DNA from: Longimicrobiales bacterium
GTDB lineage: Bacteria; Gemmatimonadota; Gemmatimonadetes; Longimicrobiales; Gaopeijiaceae
DNA length: 64,000 nucleotides
Direction: 5' to 3'
Assembly (NCBI GenBank): GCA_963664435.2
Contig: CAXXKM010000002.1
Location: 1 to 64,000, forward strand
Below are positions 40,884-49,696 of the stretch, one piece after another. A program made the translations under genes and the position numbers. The notes beneath the pieces were generated by a model. It was not told where the DNA came from, did no database searches, and was given only the letters and a program-made list of their open reading frames with translations. Every line of letters starts with the position of its first letter. The first letter of the stretch is position 1.

Positions 40884-43391
40884 TCATTTCGTGACTTCGT
40901 TCTCGCTCTTATACTTGCCGCGCACGCCTGCCAGCGTCATGTCGCCGACCAGCCGGTACGTGCCCGACGGGGCCGACGTGAGGTCGTAGCCGCACAGCTT
41001 GCCGGTCTGCCTCGAACCCGACACTTCGGTCCAGCCCGAGCCCGTATTCCGCTGCCACGCTGTCCAGTGGTAGTCGTAGACCCTGCCGTTCAGGGTGCCG
41101 CCGCCGGAGATGCACCCCGTCCTGCCCGCGCTCAGGGTGATGCCTCCCACCTGCAGCCTGACGGAACCGTCGTTGTTGATCCTCAGCCCGGCGAACGCCT
41201 CGAAGTCGTCGCCTCCCGCCTCCACCGTTACGCTGAACGTCTGAACAGCCGTGAGGCCGCCCGGATCAGTAGCGGTGATCCGGATCGTCGCGGCGCCCTC
41301 CGCTACTCCGGCCACCGTGACCGTTCGCCCGGAGACGCTGGTTGTCGCAACGCTCGTCCTGGACGAACTGGCCGTGTAGGTCAGTGCGTCCCCGTCCGGG
41401 TCGCTGAAATACGAGGACGCGTTCACGCTCGCGCTCTCGCCCGCCCTCACGGTCGCCGAAGGTACGCTGCCGACCGTGAGGGGCGACCGGTTGCTGCCTC
41501 CTCCTCCCACGGTGACTTCGTTTGCGCTCTTGTACTTGCCCCGCACCCCCGCGAGCGTCCAGTCGCCCACCAGCCGGTAGGTGCCGGCCGAAGCGGAGGT
41601 CAGATCGTGGCCGCACAGCTCCCCTGCGACCTTCGTGCCCGACACATCGTTCCAGCCCGAGCCCGTGTTCCGCTGCCACGCGCTCCAGTGGTAGTCCCAC
41701 GTCTTGCCGTTCAACGTGACGCCGCCGCTGAGACAACCCGTGTTGCCGATGCTCAAGGTGATCCCTCCGGCCTGGAGAGTTATCGAGCCGTCGTTTGCGA
41801 TGCTGAGTCCGCTGAAAGCCTCGAAGTCGCGGTCACCACAGACATCGCCTCCCTTGTGATCTCCGATGGTCTCAAACCACGTCTGGAACCACGGCACGTT
41901 CGGCGAGCACAGCCCGGTGTCGTTCCACCAGAACGTCGACAGCCAAGTCTCCACAAAAGACATGGGGATCGGGCCTGTCAGACCGGGATTGCCATCAAGG
42001 TAGAGGTGGAACAGCCGCGAGTTACTTCCAAGTTCTGGGGGAATGGCGCCTTCCAGACGGTTGTTGGACAGGCGCAACGTGATCAGGTGCTCGAGGGAGC
42101 CCAGCTCGTTGGGGATGCTGCCCGTGAGCAGATTGTTGTAAAGGAACACCCATTTCAGCTCCGTGGCGTCCGCTAGCTCCGGCGGGATGGAGTCCGTCAG
42201 TTGGTTACGCCCGAGGGACAGGTATTCGAGGTTGGCCAGCCGGCCCAACTCTGGCGGGATAGTGCCTGTGAGTTCGTTGTAACGGAGAATCAGGTAACGC
42301 AGCGAACGCATGTTGCCCAGTTCGGGCGGGATCTCGCCCGTGAAGTGGTTGTCATGGAAAAGCATATACTGGACCGATCGCATTCGGCCCAGTTCCGACG
42401 GGATCTCGCCCGCGAGTTGGTTGTGATGGACCTCGAACTTCTTTAGTCGCGTCAGGTTCCCCAGCTCCGGCGGTAGCTCGCCCACTAGCTCGTTGCTCGA
42501 GACAATGAGCACCTCGAGCCTTGCCAAACCGCCCAACTCGGGCGGGATCTCGCCCTCCAGGTCGTTGCCCCAAAGCGAGAGGTTCTCCAGCCTTGCCATG
42601 GATCCGAGTTCAGGCGGGAGTGCACCCGTCAGCGCGTTGCCATTGAGATTCAGCACCTTTGCGTGCGCAAGCTCACCAAGTTCGACCGGGATCGTGCCGT
42701 CAAGTTCGAAGTACGGCAACGCCACCTTTTCGACGCCGAAGGTTCCGAGCGTCACGCCCTCCCACTCCGGCATCGCGAGCGCCGTGTCCCAATTCAGCAT
42801 CGCCGTGCCGCGCAACTCGTCGCGGGCGGCCAGCAGCGCGTTGCAGTCGTCGCGGTAGAAGAACGAGCGGTCGAAATCGAGCGCCGACGACCCACTGCAA
42901 ACATCCGGGATATCTGTCAAGACAAGCGTCATGGGCTGGCCGGCCGTGACCGCCACTCCGGGCGTTTCCGGACGGGCAATGACCGTCACCTGCCTGTCGG
43001 GTTCGTCCTCGCCGTGTACTATGCCCGTGATCGTGACCAAACCGCTGCTCGACGTCTCCCCAGGAGGGAACGTCAGTGTCCTGTTCTCGCTCAGCTGAAA
43101 GTCGGAGGTGACGGCAGGTGGCGCGGGCGTCGCGCTCACCGTGACCGTGATCCAGTCCTTCGATGGCCGGTCCAGCGTAGCCGTCACGATGCTCACGCCT
43201 TCGCTTTGCTGGATCGAGGCCGGCGACAGAGTCGGTGACACGGTCGGTGGGGGCTCGGAAAGATCGGTGGGCACCGCCATCGGGTCGTCGCCACAGGCGG
43301 CCAGGGCCGCGAGGAGCACCATCCAACCAACTTGGATGGCTCCGACCTCACAGGCTATGAGTGCTGGTCGCCTTGCTCGTCGTTCGTTCAT
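40884..43391 (-). CDS. Lipoprotein: Calx-beta-like, LRR, and a duplicated Cys/Trp domain flanking an Ig-like repeat
   Basis: LAAC lipobox, LRRs, two DFEAF.GL...YHW.AWQRNTGSGW...LCG.DL units. Confidence 0.82.
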   Translation of the reverse strand: MNERRARRPALIACEVGAIQVGWMVLLAALAACGDDPMAVPTDLSEPPPTVSPTLSPASIQQSEGVSIVTATLDRPSKDWITVTVSATPAPPAVTSDFQLSENRTLTFPPGETSSSGLVTITGIVHGEDEPDRQVTVIARPETPGVAVTAGQPMTLVLTDIPDVCSGSSALDFDRSFFYRDDCNALLAARDELRGTAMLNWDTALAMPEWEGVTLGTFGVEKVALPYFELDGTIPVELGELAHAKVLNLNGNALTGALPPELGSMARLENLSLWGNDLEGEIPPELGGLARLEVLIVSSNELVGELPPELGNLTRLKKFEVHHNQLAGEIPSELGRMRSVQYMLFHDNHFTGEIPPELGNMRSLRYLILRYNELTGTIPPELGRLANLEYLSLGRNQLTDSIPPELADATELKWVFLYNNLLTGSIPNELGSLEHLITLRLSNNRLEGAIPPELGSNSRLFHLYLDGNPGLTGPIPMSFVETWLSTFWWNDTGLCSPNVPWFQTWFETIGDHKGGDVCGDRDFEAFSGLSIANDGSITLQAGGITLSIGNTGCLSGGVTLNGKTWDYHWSAWQRNTGSGWNDVSGTKVAGELCGHDLTSASAGTYRLVGDWTLAGVRGKYKSANEVTVGGGGSNRSPLTVGSVPSATVRAGESASVNASSYFSDPDGDALTYTASSSRTSVATTSVSGRTVTVAGVAEGAATIRITATDPGGLTAVQTFSVTVEAGGDDFEAFAGLRINNDGSVRLQVGGITLSAGRTGCISGGGTLNGRVYDYHWTAWQRNTGSGWTEVSGSRQTGKLCGYDLTSAPSGTYRLVGDMTLAGVRGKYKSENEVTK

Positions 43392-43539
43392 GTCTGAACC
43401 CCACTGCCGACGCGAATCGCGACGTAGCAGTCGCTATCGCAATGCCTAGCGTGCTTTGTGCGCGATTGCATGCGTGATCAGCAGGGCAGTGTTGCGACGA
43501 TCACGAAGTTCCGCAAGACTGACCTGAGGGGGTGCCAGC

Positions 43540-43790
43540 GCCTAGGAGCCTGCGTCGCAGAACGGTTTTGCCCCGTTTTTCGGCGACCGAGATACCGCGC
43601 GCTGGAGCGGATCTCGACGCTCCTGGACGGTCATCCGGAGTTCCTGGACTGAATCGCGGCCGTTCGGGCAGAGGCGTGGGAGCGGATCATCGCCGGGCGG
43701 CGAAGCGATGGGCGCTGAGAGCGTTGCGGAGGCGCGGGAAGCGGCGTGTGGCGGCGTCGACCAGACCGAGCGCATGAGTGCTGCGAGGCG
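43540..43790 (+). mobile_element. Possible ISNCY transposase N-terminal relic
   Basis: RALERISTLLDGHPEFLD*IAA...M.AESV resembles ISNCY N-termini. Broken by stops. Confidence 0.45.
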
Positions 43791-43800
43791 AGAAAGTCCC

Positions 43801-44652
43801 TCACGGGGCGGATCCCGTGAACGACAACCTGACCTGGGCGAACCCAAACGCGGCAACAGGGTCCTGATCCAGATCGTTGTGGACCGCCCGGGAGACGAAG
43901 ACCATGAAGTGACTCCCCGCATGTTCGAAGAACAGGAAGCTCTTGCTGCGAAGCGAGCCTTGGATCACGACTGCCCCGTTTGCCCCGTCGAGGACGGAAA
44001 AGCCGTTGTAGCTGTCGGCGAATCCGTCGGCACGAATGCGGAGCGGGTACGGTGGCGAGAGGTCGGCTTCCTGCCCCTGCGTGAGGTCCTCGGTGTAGCG
44101 TAGGCCTCGTCCCTCGACCATTTCGAGATGGTCGAACAGGCCGAGTGAGCCGAACGAGGGAAAGCCTATCTGGGCCAAGTCGTGCGCCCCCGCTTTTACC
44201 CGAACCGCGTTGGAATCGTTTCGGATGTCCCAAGTCGTGTTCCGCAGGAACTCTGACGCGTCTGGATTCACCGACTCGCCACCGATGCGGAGGTCTACGG
44301 GGGCGCCGTCGCGGCCGATCGCGATCCAATCTTCCGGTTGGGGTTGAATCGCCGGATTCCGTGCGACCAATTCACCGTTCACGTACCACATCGCGGCGGC
44401 GAAAACCGCGACGCTACCGCCCGCTCGAAACGAGGCCACCGCAAACCGGCTACCCTCGACTCCACCCAGAAACCGGTATAGCGTGGCAGTCACCACCAGA
44501 CACACACACGTCGCCGTGAGCACGGGCGGAAGGGCATACACGAGCGTCAAGGCCGCCCCGCCGGTGAACAGCACGATCATTCCCAGCAGGATCTTGGTTT
44601 CAGCGTCCGCGGTTATGTGGCGGCCCGCCAAGTTGCTTGGTGTTCGTTCCAT
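43801..44652 (-). CDS. Hypothetical membrane protein (N-terminal TMs, soluble beta-rich domain)
   Basis: GGAG SD before MERTP, three hydrophobic segments, LYRFLGG motif. Confidence 0.6.
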   Translation of the reverse strand: MERTPSNLAGRHITADAETKILLGMIVLFTGGAALTLVYALPPVLTATCVCLVVTATLYRFLGGVEGSRFAVASFRAGGSVAVFAAAMWYVNGELVARNPAIQPQPEDWIAIGRDGAPVDLRIGGESVNPDASEFLRNTTWDIRNDSNAVRVKAGAHDLAQIGFPSFGSLGLFDHLEMVEGRGLRYTEDLTQGQEADLSPPYPLRIRADGFADSYNGFSVLDGANGAVVIQGSLRSKSFLFFEHAGSHFMVFVSRAVHNDLDQDPVAAFGFAQVRLSFTGSAP

Positions 44653-44792
44653 CCGTTGCTGACTCCGTCGGTGCCGGATGCGCTCTGCAGCCATATCGTG
44701 CAGGGCTTGCCCAACATCAAGGCCCATCGCAGGCGGCGGAAAGAGGTTAGAGTAGGACGCGCGGTGCCTGTCCGCAAATGGGCAGTCTTGCC

Positions 44793-44847
44793 TGTCAATG
44801 GCCGTTGAAAATGTCCCACTTCCGGCCATTGAAAATGTCCCACTTTT
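44793..44847 (+). mobile_element. Isolated IS21-family terminal end
   Basis: TGTCAAT start followed by two GGCCRTTGAAAATGTCCCACTT repeats with a 24-bp period. Confidence 0.7.
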
Positions 44848-45077
44848 CGAGCCGCCCCGCGGAGGGAACGAGCCCCCATGGGAGATCCAGCTAAGACATG
44901 TCAGTAAACGTCAGTAAATACGAGTAAGGGCGTCTGGAGAAACAGAAGACCACCAGGACCGGCATCCTCGTTCTCTCCCACGCGCGGGAAGGGACGGCGG
45001 GGCGCCCAGGACCAGCCTGAGCGCCCCTGGCGGCCCGCTGGGACCTCCCCCAGGGGTCTCGCCGCCGTTCCTGCTCT

Positions 45078-48000
45078 CTACCGGAAGCGCAACCTCCCCC
45101 GGATGCCGACGGTGTGCTGCGCCGTCCCGAGCGTGCTCTCGCGTCGCGTACCTTCCAGGCGCAGCCCGACACCTGACCCGAGGTCGTAGCGCACGCCGCT
45201 GCTGAAGGCCCGCGTGCCACCCTGGCCGAGGTAGAAGCCGCTGTAGGGCGTCCCCTGGAAGCCGGCGATGCCGTAGGCGACCTCGCCGTCCACGTTGGGA
45301 CCCATTCCCAGGCCGTGGCCGCCCACCGCGTCCGAGACCCCACGCTCCCAGAGTTGGTTCACCCCGCTCGCGTGGTCGCCGTACGAAGGCGCCACCCGGA
45401 GCGAGAGCCCCTGGCCGCGGGCCGCAGGATCGAACATCAGCATGCCGCCGAGACCCCATTCCTCGTAGCCTTGGCGCGCCGAGATCACGAACCGCCCGCG
45501 GCCCTCCGCGGTCACGCCCAAGCGGGAGTTCGTGTAGCGGAGCCCGCCGCCGACTTCGGCACTGGTGCCGTTGATGGCGTCGCCGTTGTCGTAGCGCATC
45601 CCGCCCTCGAGCACGAACGCCATCTCGCTGTCGGTGTCGGTGCGGAAGTTCTGAGTCAACTCCAGGGCAAGCTTGCCGCGCTGCATCTCGAGCGTCACCT
45701 CTCCGATCTGCTCGCTGCCGTCGACCGTGACCTCGCCGTACCAGCCCTCGGCCTTGATGCGCACGCCGCCCGTGCCGCGCGTGAACAGTTGATAGCTGGC
45801 GCCTCCCGCCCCCGTAAGCATGCTGGCAGGGCTGGTGCGCAGTCCCTCGCGCTCGTCGTCGACCTCGATGTCGCCCCGGCCGAGCCCGGCCGAGCCCCAT
45901 ACCGAGGCGCCGCCCGCGCCGGAGAACCACGCCATGTAGGGATGTACGCTGGTCATGGTGGTTCCGTAGGTGCCCCTCACCGGGCTGGCGCCCGTCTTGT
46001 CGGTGAAGTCGAAGCTGCCCGAGTTGTACGAACCGGCGACACCCGCCAGGATGTCCGGTCCCACGCGCACGTCCAGACCGGCGTGGGCGCTCACCATGTT
46101 GCCCTTCCAGTCGAGGGCGCTCTGGCCGGGTTCTCCGAGGTGGTGGTACTCGCCCGCGCCCCAGCTCCCCAGCTGCGTGCCCGTGGCGGACTGCTGCTGC
46201 GCGTCGGGGGCGCCCAAGGGCATCGTAAATGAGGTGCCGCCGAAGAGGGCGGCCAGGCCGGTCTGGTCGCCCTGCGCGAGGCCGAGACCTCTTGCGTCCG
46301 GCGCGGACAGGCTTGCGGCCATCGACGAGAGTCCGTTCGTCTTCACGCGCCGCTGCATGCCCATCCCGCTGGCCACCGCGTCGACGCGGCGGGCGATCGC
46401 CGAGACCGTGCTCGATGTCATCGCGGCCGCCACGTGCGGCAGCACGCGCGTGTTCAGCCGTCCCGCCCGCCCGACGGGGTCGTCGGTCTCGGCCGATGCG
46501 CTCACCGACGGCGCGCCGGTGCCCACCCGGTTGATCGCCGAGACGCGGTAGTGGCGCACGCTCCCCGGCAGCAGGCCGGTGTGCGAGAACGCGGTGGCCC
46601 TGGACCCGGTATTGACCACCAGGTCCGTCCACGCGGTGCCGGTCTCCGACACCTCGACGCGGTAGCCGGTGACGGGGGCGCCGCCGTCGTAGGCGGGCGC
46701 AGCCCAGAACAGGTCGATCTGCGTAGGCGAGACCGCGGTGGCCACCAACCCGGTGGGGGCGTCTGGCACCGTGGCGTCGGTAATGGCGCTCGCCACCCGC
46801 GACGCCCGGCCCTCGCCGATCCGGTTGATCGCCGAGACGCGGTAGTGGCGCCTGGTGGCCGGCTCGAGCCCCGTGTGCACGTAGGTCGTGCGCGTGTTGC
46901 GCGAGTTGGCCAGCAGGTCACCCCAGCGGACGCCGCCGTCTTCGGACACCTCGATCCGGTAGCCGGTGATGCTCGCGCCCCCGTCTCTCGTGGGCGCCAG
47001 CCAGGAAAGCTCGATCCGCGAGGTGCCGTCGGCCTCCGCGTCGAGACTCCGGGGCGCGCCCGGCACGGTGGCCTCGGTCGTCGCGCGCTCGACGTTCGAA
47101 AAGGGCCCGGTCCTCAATGCAGTGTTGATCGCGGCAACCCGGTAGTGCCGCGTGGTCGCGGGCTGGAGGTTCACGTCGGAGAACGTCGTCGCTTTCGAGT
47201 TCGTGTTGCGGCGGATAATGCGCCAGGTGCCGCCCCCGTCGTCGGAGGCGTCGACCCGATAGCCGAGGATGGCGACGCCGCCGGTGTTGCGGGGCGCACT
47301 CCACGAAAGGTCGATGCGCGAGGTGCCCACCGCGCGGGCCGTCAGCCCGACCGGTGCCTCGGGAGTGCCGGCGTATGTCTCCGTGCTCGCCGGGAACGAC
47401 CGCTGGCCGGGTCCCACGCGGTTGATCGCCGCCACCTGGTACTCGTAGGCGGTGGCCGGCTTGAGGCCCGTCGTGTCCGTGAAGGTGGTCGCCGCCGAAC
47501 CCGTGGTGCGAACGATCGAGATCAACGCGCCATCCTTGGGGCCGCGCCAAATTGTGTAGCCGGTGATTCGCTCCCCGCCGTCGCTGGCCGGCGCGTCCCA
47601 GGCGAGTGTGATGCTGTTCGGTCCCGTCGGCCGCGCGCGCAGGTTCCGGGGCTGGCCGGGCGGTGCGGCGCGGGTGGCGCCTCTGACCCCGTTCGAGTAG
47701 TTCCCCTGCCCCTGGGCGTTGAGCGCGGCCACCCGATAGAACCGGGTCGTGTTGGGGGCGAGACCGGTATGCAGATAGGTGGTGGCCGTGCCGGTGGGGC
47801 CGGGTACGAGGAAGGTCCAGTCCGGGGTACCGGCGGAACGCCACTGGATCCGGTAGGCGGTAATCGGACTCCCGCCGTTCGAGGCCGGGGCCCTCCAGTT
47901 GAGGAGGATGCGGTCGCTCCCCCCCACAACGGGCGCGGTCGCCGTGAGGCGCGTGGGCGCGCCCGGAACCGTGACTTCGGTGGTCGCGTGGGCGACGCTC

Positions 48001-49382
48001 GACCAGGGGCCCGTGCCCGCCGCGTTGATCGCCGCGACGCGGTAATGACGGGTGGTGCCGGGGCTGAGGCGGGTGTGGGTGTATGAGGTGGCTCTGTTAT
48101 TCCCCACGAGCAGCGTCCACCCGCGGGTTCCGGTTCCGGTCTCCGACCACTCGATGCGGTAGCCGGTGACCGGGGCTGAACCGCTGGAGGAGGGGGCGGT
48201 CCAGCTCAACTCGATGGTCGACGTCCCCCCGGGGGCCGCCGTCAATCGTGACGGCGCGTCCGGGACGCGCTCGGGCTCGGGCTCCTCCGTTGTGGCTCTG
48301 CCGACGCTGGAAGGCGCTCCCGTGTCGTAGGAGTTGATCGCCGAGACCCTGTAGTGGCGCGTGGTGCCCGCGGTGAGGCCCGTGTGGCGGTAGCGGGTCG
48401 CGGTGCTCCGGGTGTTCGATACCCGGTTCGACCAGGTGGCGCCACCGTCGCTCGACACCTCGATCAAGTACCCGATGATCGCGCTGCTGCCTTCGTCCAG
48501 CGGCTCATCCCAGTCCAGGTCGATCGCCGTGGCGCCGGAGGCCGTCGTCGCGAGGTTCCGCGGCCGACCGGGCGCCCTCCCCTCGGCCGTCTCGTTCACC
48601 ACCGAAAAGGCGTGGATGTCAGGCGCGAGATTGCCGGCCTCGTCCCTGAGCGCGCGGGTGCCCGCGTCGGCGTCGTAGTCCAGCTCAACGTCGTCGCCGG
48701 CGCGCACCGCGCGCGCCAGCGTCAGGATCACCGCCGATCCATCGACATCGACCCCCGACACCCGCTCGACGTCGCGGTCGCCGTCCCGGGTCACGAACAC
48801 GTCGAAGTTCCTGGCGGGCGGGACGGTGCTCTCATCCAGATCCTCGCTGAAGGTGACGGTGAGCTCCCTGCCGTCCACTTCGGCATTGAGGTGCCTGGGC
48901 GCCCGGGTGTCCGCGTGGAACGTGTATACATCCCCGTTATTGCCCTCGCCATCGTCGTTGGTTGCCACGTTCCCGTTTATGGTCACGATGACCTGGGCCT
49001 CGTGGTTGGGCCACGTGTTCATCGTCACGAAGTAGCGCCTGGCGGGGCCGCTGGTAGGCGCAAAGGAGTTGCCATCCTTCGTCGCCCCAAAGACCTGGAT
49101 GTCGTCGACCGTGAAACCCGTCACTTCCTGCGAAAAAAGGATCTCGAGACGGAATTCCTCCTGCCTGAAACCGGTCCAATCATGCGTCATCCTGCTGATC
49201 CGGGGACGGACGGCCGCGTCCGTCGTGCCGGTTCCCGCGACCGGTCTGACCACCTTGTCGTCCGAACCTCCTGGAGACACCTCCTCGGCACGCGCGGCGG
49301 CGGGAGGAACCATAGACCCGCAGATCACGGCGACCGCCAAGACCGCACGGGCTGCCACATCAAGCTGTTTCGGGATCATCAT
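45078..49382 (-). CDS. Autotransporter-like adhesin B (paralogue of 18496-22758)
   Basis: Same Ig/SwmB/7xFN3/barrel layout. Barrel near-identical, passenger diverged. Confidence 0.85.
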   Translation of the reverse strand: MMIPKQLDVAARAVLAVAVICGSMVPPAAARAEEVSPGGSDDKVVRPVAGTGTTDAAVRPRISRMTHDWTGFRQEEFRLEILFSQEVTGFTVDDIQVFGATKDGNSFAPTSGPARRYFVTMNTWPNHEAQVIVTINGNVATNDDGEGNNGDVYTFHADTRAPRHLNAEVDGRELTVTFSEDLDESTVPPARNFDVFVTRDGDRDVERVSGVDVDGSAVILTLARAVRAGDDVELDYDADAGTRALRDEAGNLAPDIHAFSVVNETAEGRAPGRPRNLATTASGATAIDLDWDEPLDEGSSAIIGYLIEVSSDGGATWSNRVSNTRSTATRYRHTGLTAGTTRHYRVSAINSYDTGAPSSVGRATTEEPEPERVPDAPSRLTAAPGGTSTIELSWTAPSSSGSAPVTGYRIEWSETGTGTRGWTLLVGNNRATSYTHTRLSPGTTRHYRVAAINAAGTGPWSSVAHATTEVTVPGAPTRLTATAPVVGGSDRILLNWRAPASNGGSPITAYRIQWRSAGTPDWTFLVPGPTGTATTYLHTGLAPNTTRFYRVAALNAQGQGNYSNGVRGATRAAPPGQPRNLRARPTGPNSITLAWDAPASDGGERITGYTIWRGPKDGALISIVRTTGSAATTFTDTTGLKPATAYEYQVAAINRVGPGQRSFPASTETYAGTPEAPVGLTARAVGTSRIDLSWSAPRNTGGVAILGYRVDASDDGGGTWRIIRRNTNSKATTFSDVNLQPATTRHYRVAAINTALRTGPFSNVERATTEATVPGAPRSLDAEADGTSRIELSWLAPTRDGGASITGYRIEVSEDGGVRWGDLLANSRNTRTTYVHTGLEPATRRHYRVSAINRIGEGRASRVASAITDATVPDAPTGLVATAVSPTQIDLFWAAPAYDGGAPVTGYRVEVSETGTAWTDLVVNTGSRATAFSHTGLLPGSVRHYRVSAINRVGTGAPSVSASAETDDPVGRAGRLNTRVLPHVAAAMTSSTVSAIARRVDAVASGMGMQRRVKTNGLSSMAASLSAPDARGLGLAQGDQTGLAALFGGTSFTMPLGAPDAQQQSATGTQLGSWGAGEYHHLGEPGQSALDWKGNMVSAHAGLDVRVGPDILAGVAGSYNSGSFDFTDKTGASPVRGTYGTTMTSVHPYMAWFSGAGGASVWGSAGLGRGDIEVDDEREGLRTSPASMLTGAGGASYQLFTRGTGGVRIKAEGWYGEVTVDGSEQIGEVTLEMQRGKLALELTQNFRTDTDSEMAFVLEGGMRYDNGDAINGTSAEVGGGLRYTNSRLGVTAEGRGRFVISARQGYEEWGLGGMLMFDPAARGQGLSLRVAPSYGDHASGVNQLWERGVSDAVGGHGLGMGPNVDGEVAYGIAGFQGTPYSGFYLGQGGTRAFSSGVRYDLGSGVGLRLEGTRRESTLGTAQHTVGIRGRLRFR

Positions 49383-49621
49383 GCTGCCTCTTTTCGAGTG
49401 GTCGGTTCCCGGTGTGGAAGGGGTTCACTGGGCTTCGTGCGCGCCGCACTTCGGATTCCGGCTGCGCCGCCGCCTCCTCGGTCGCACAGATCGCCGTGCC
49501 CGCGTGGCCTGCTTCCTTCGCTTTGGGGTTTCTCGTTCTTCGTCGGTAGCCACTTCTTCATGGCGCAATCGACTGTTTGAGATGCTCCCGGGGAGGCGCT
49601 TCGGTGTGTGTGTCTTCGATG

Positions 49622-49660
49622 GGAACAACTGGCCCCCGCCCGGCGGACCGGGCGGGGGCC
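49622..49660 (-). terminator. Intrinsic terminator after S-layer-like gene B
   Basis: Stem GGCCCCCGCCCGG/TCCG/CCGGGCGGGGGCC followed by AGTTGTT. Confidence 0.7.
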
Positions 49661-49696
49661 GTCTTCACTGCTGCCGGGGATTAGCCCGGGTTGAGA

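Noticed and set aside
44800..44845. 22-bp direct repeats as a CRISPR array
   Set aside because: Only two copies with a 2-bp gap and no cas genes. They fit an IS21 end.
49379..49561. 60-aa ORF between S-layer-like gene B and adhesin B
   Set aside because: No counterpart in arm A, no motif, weak start context.
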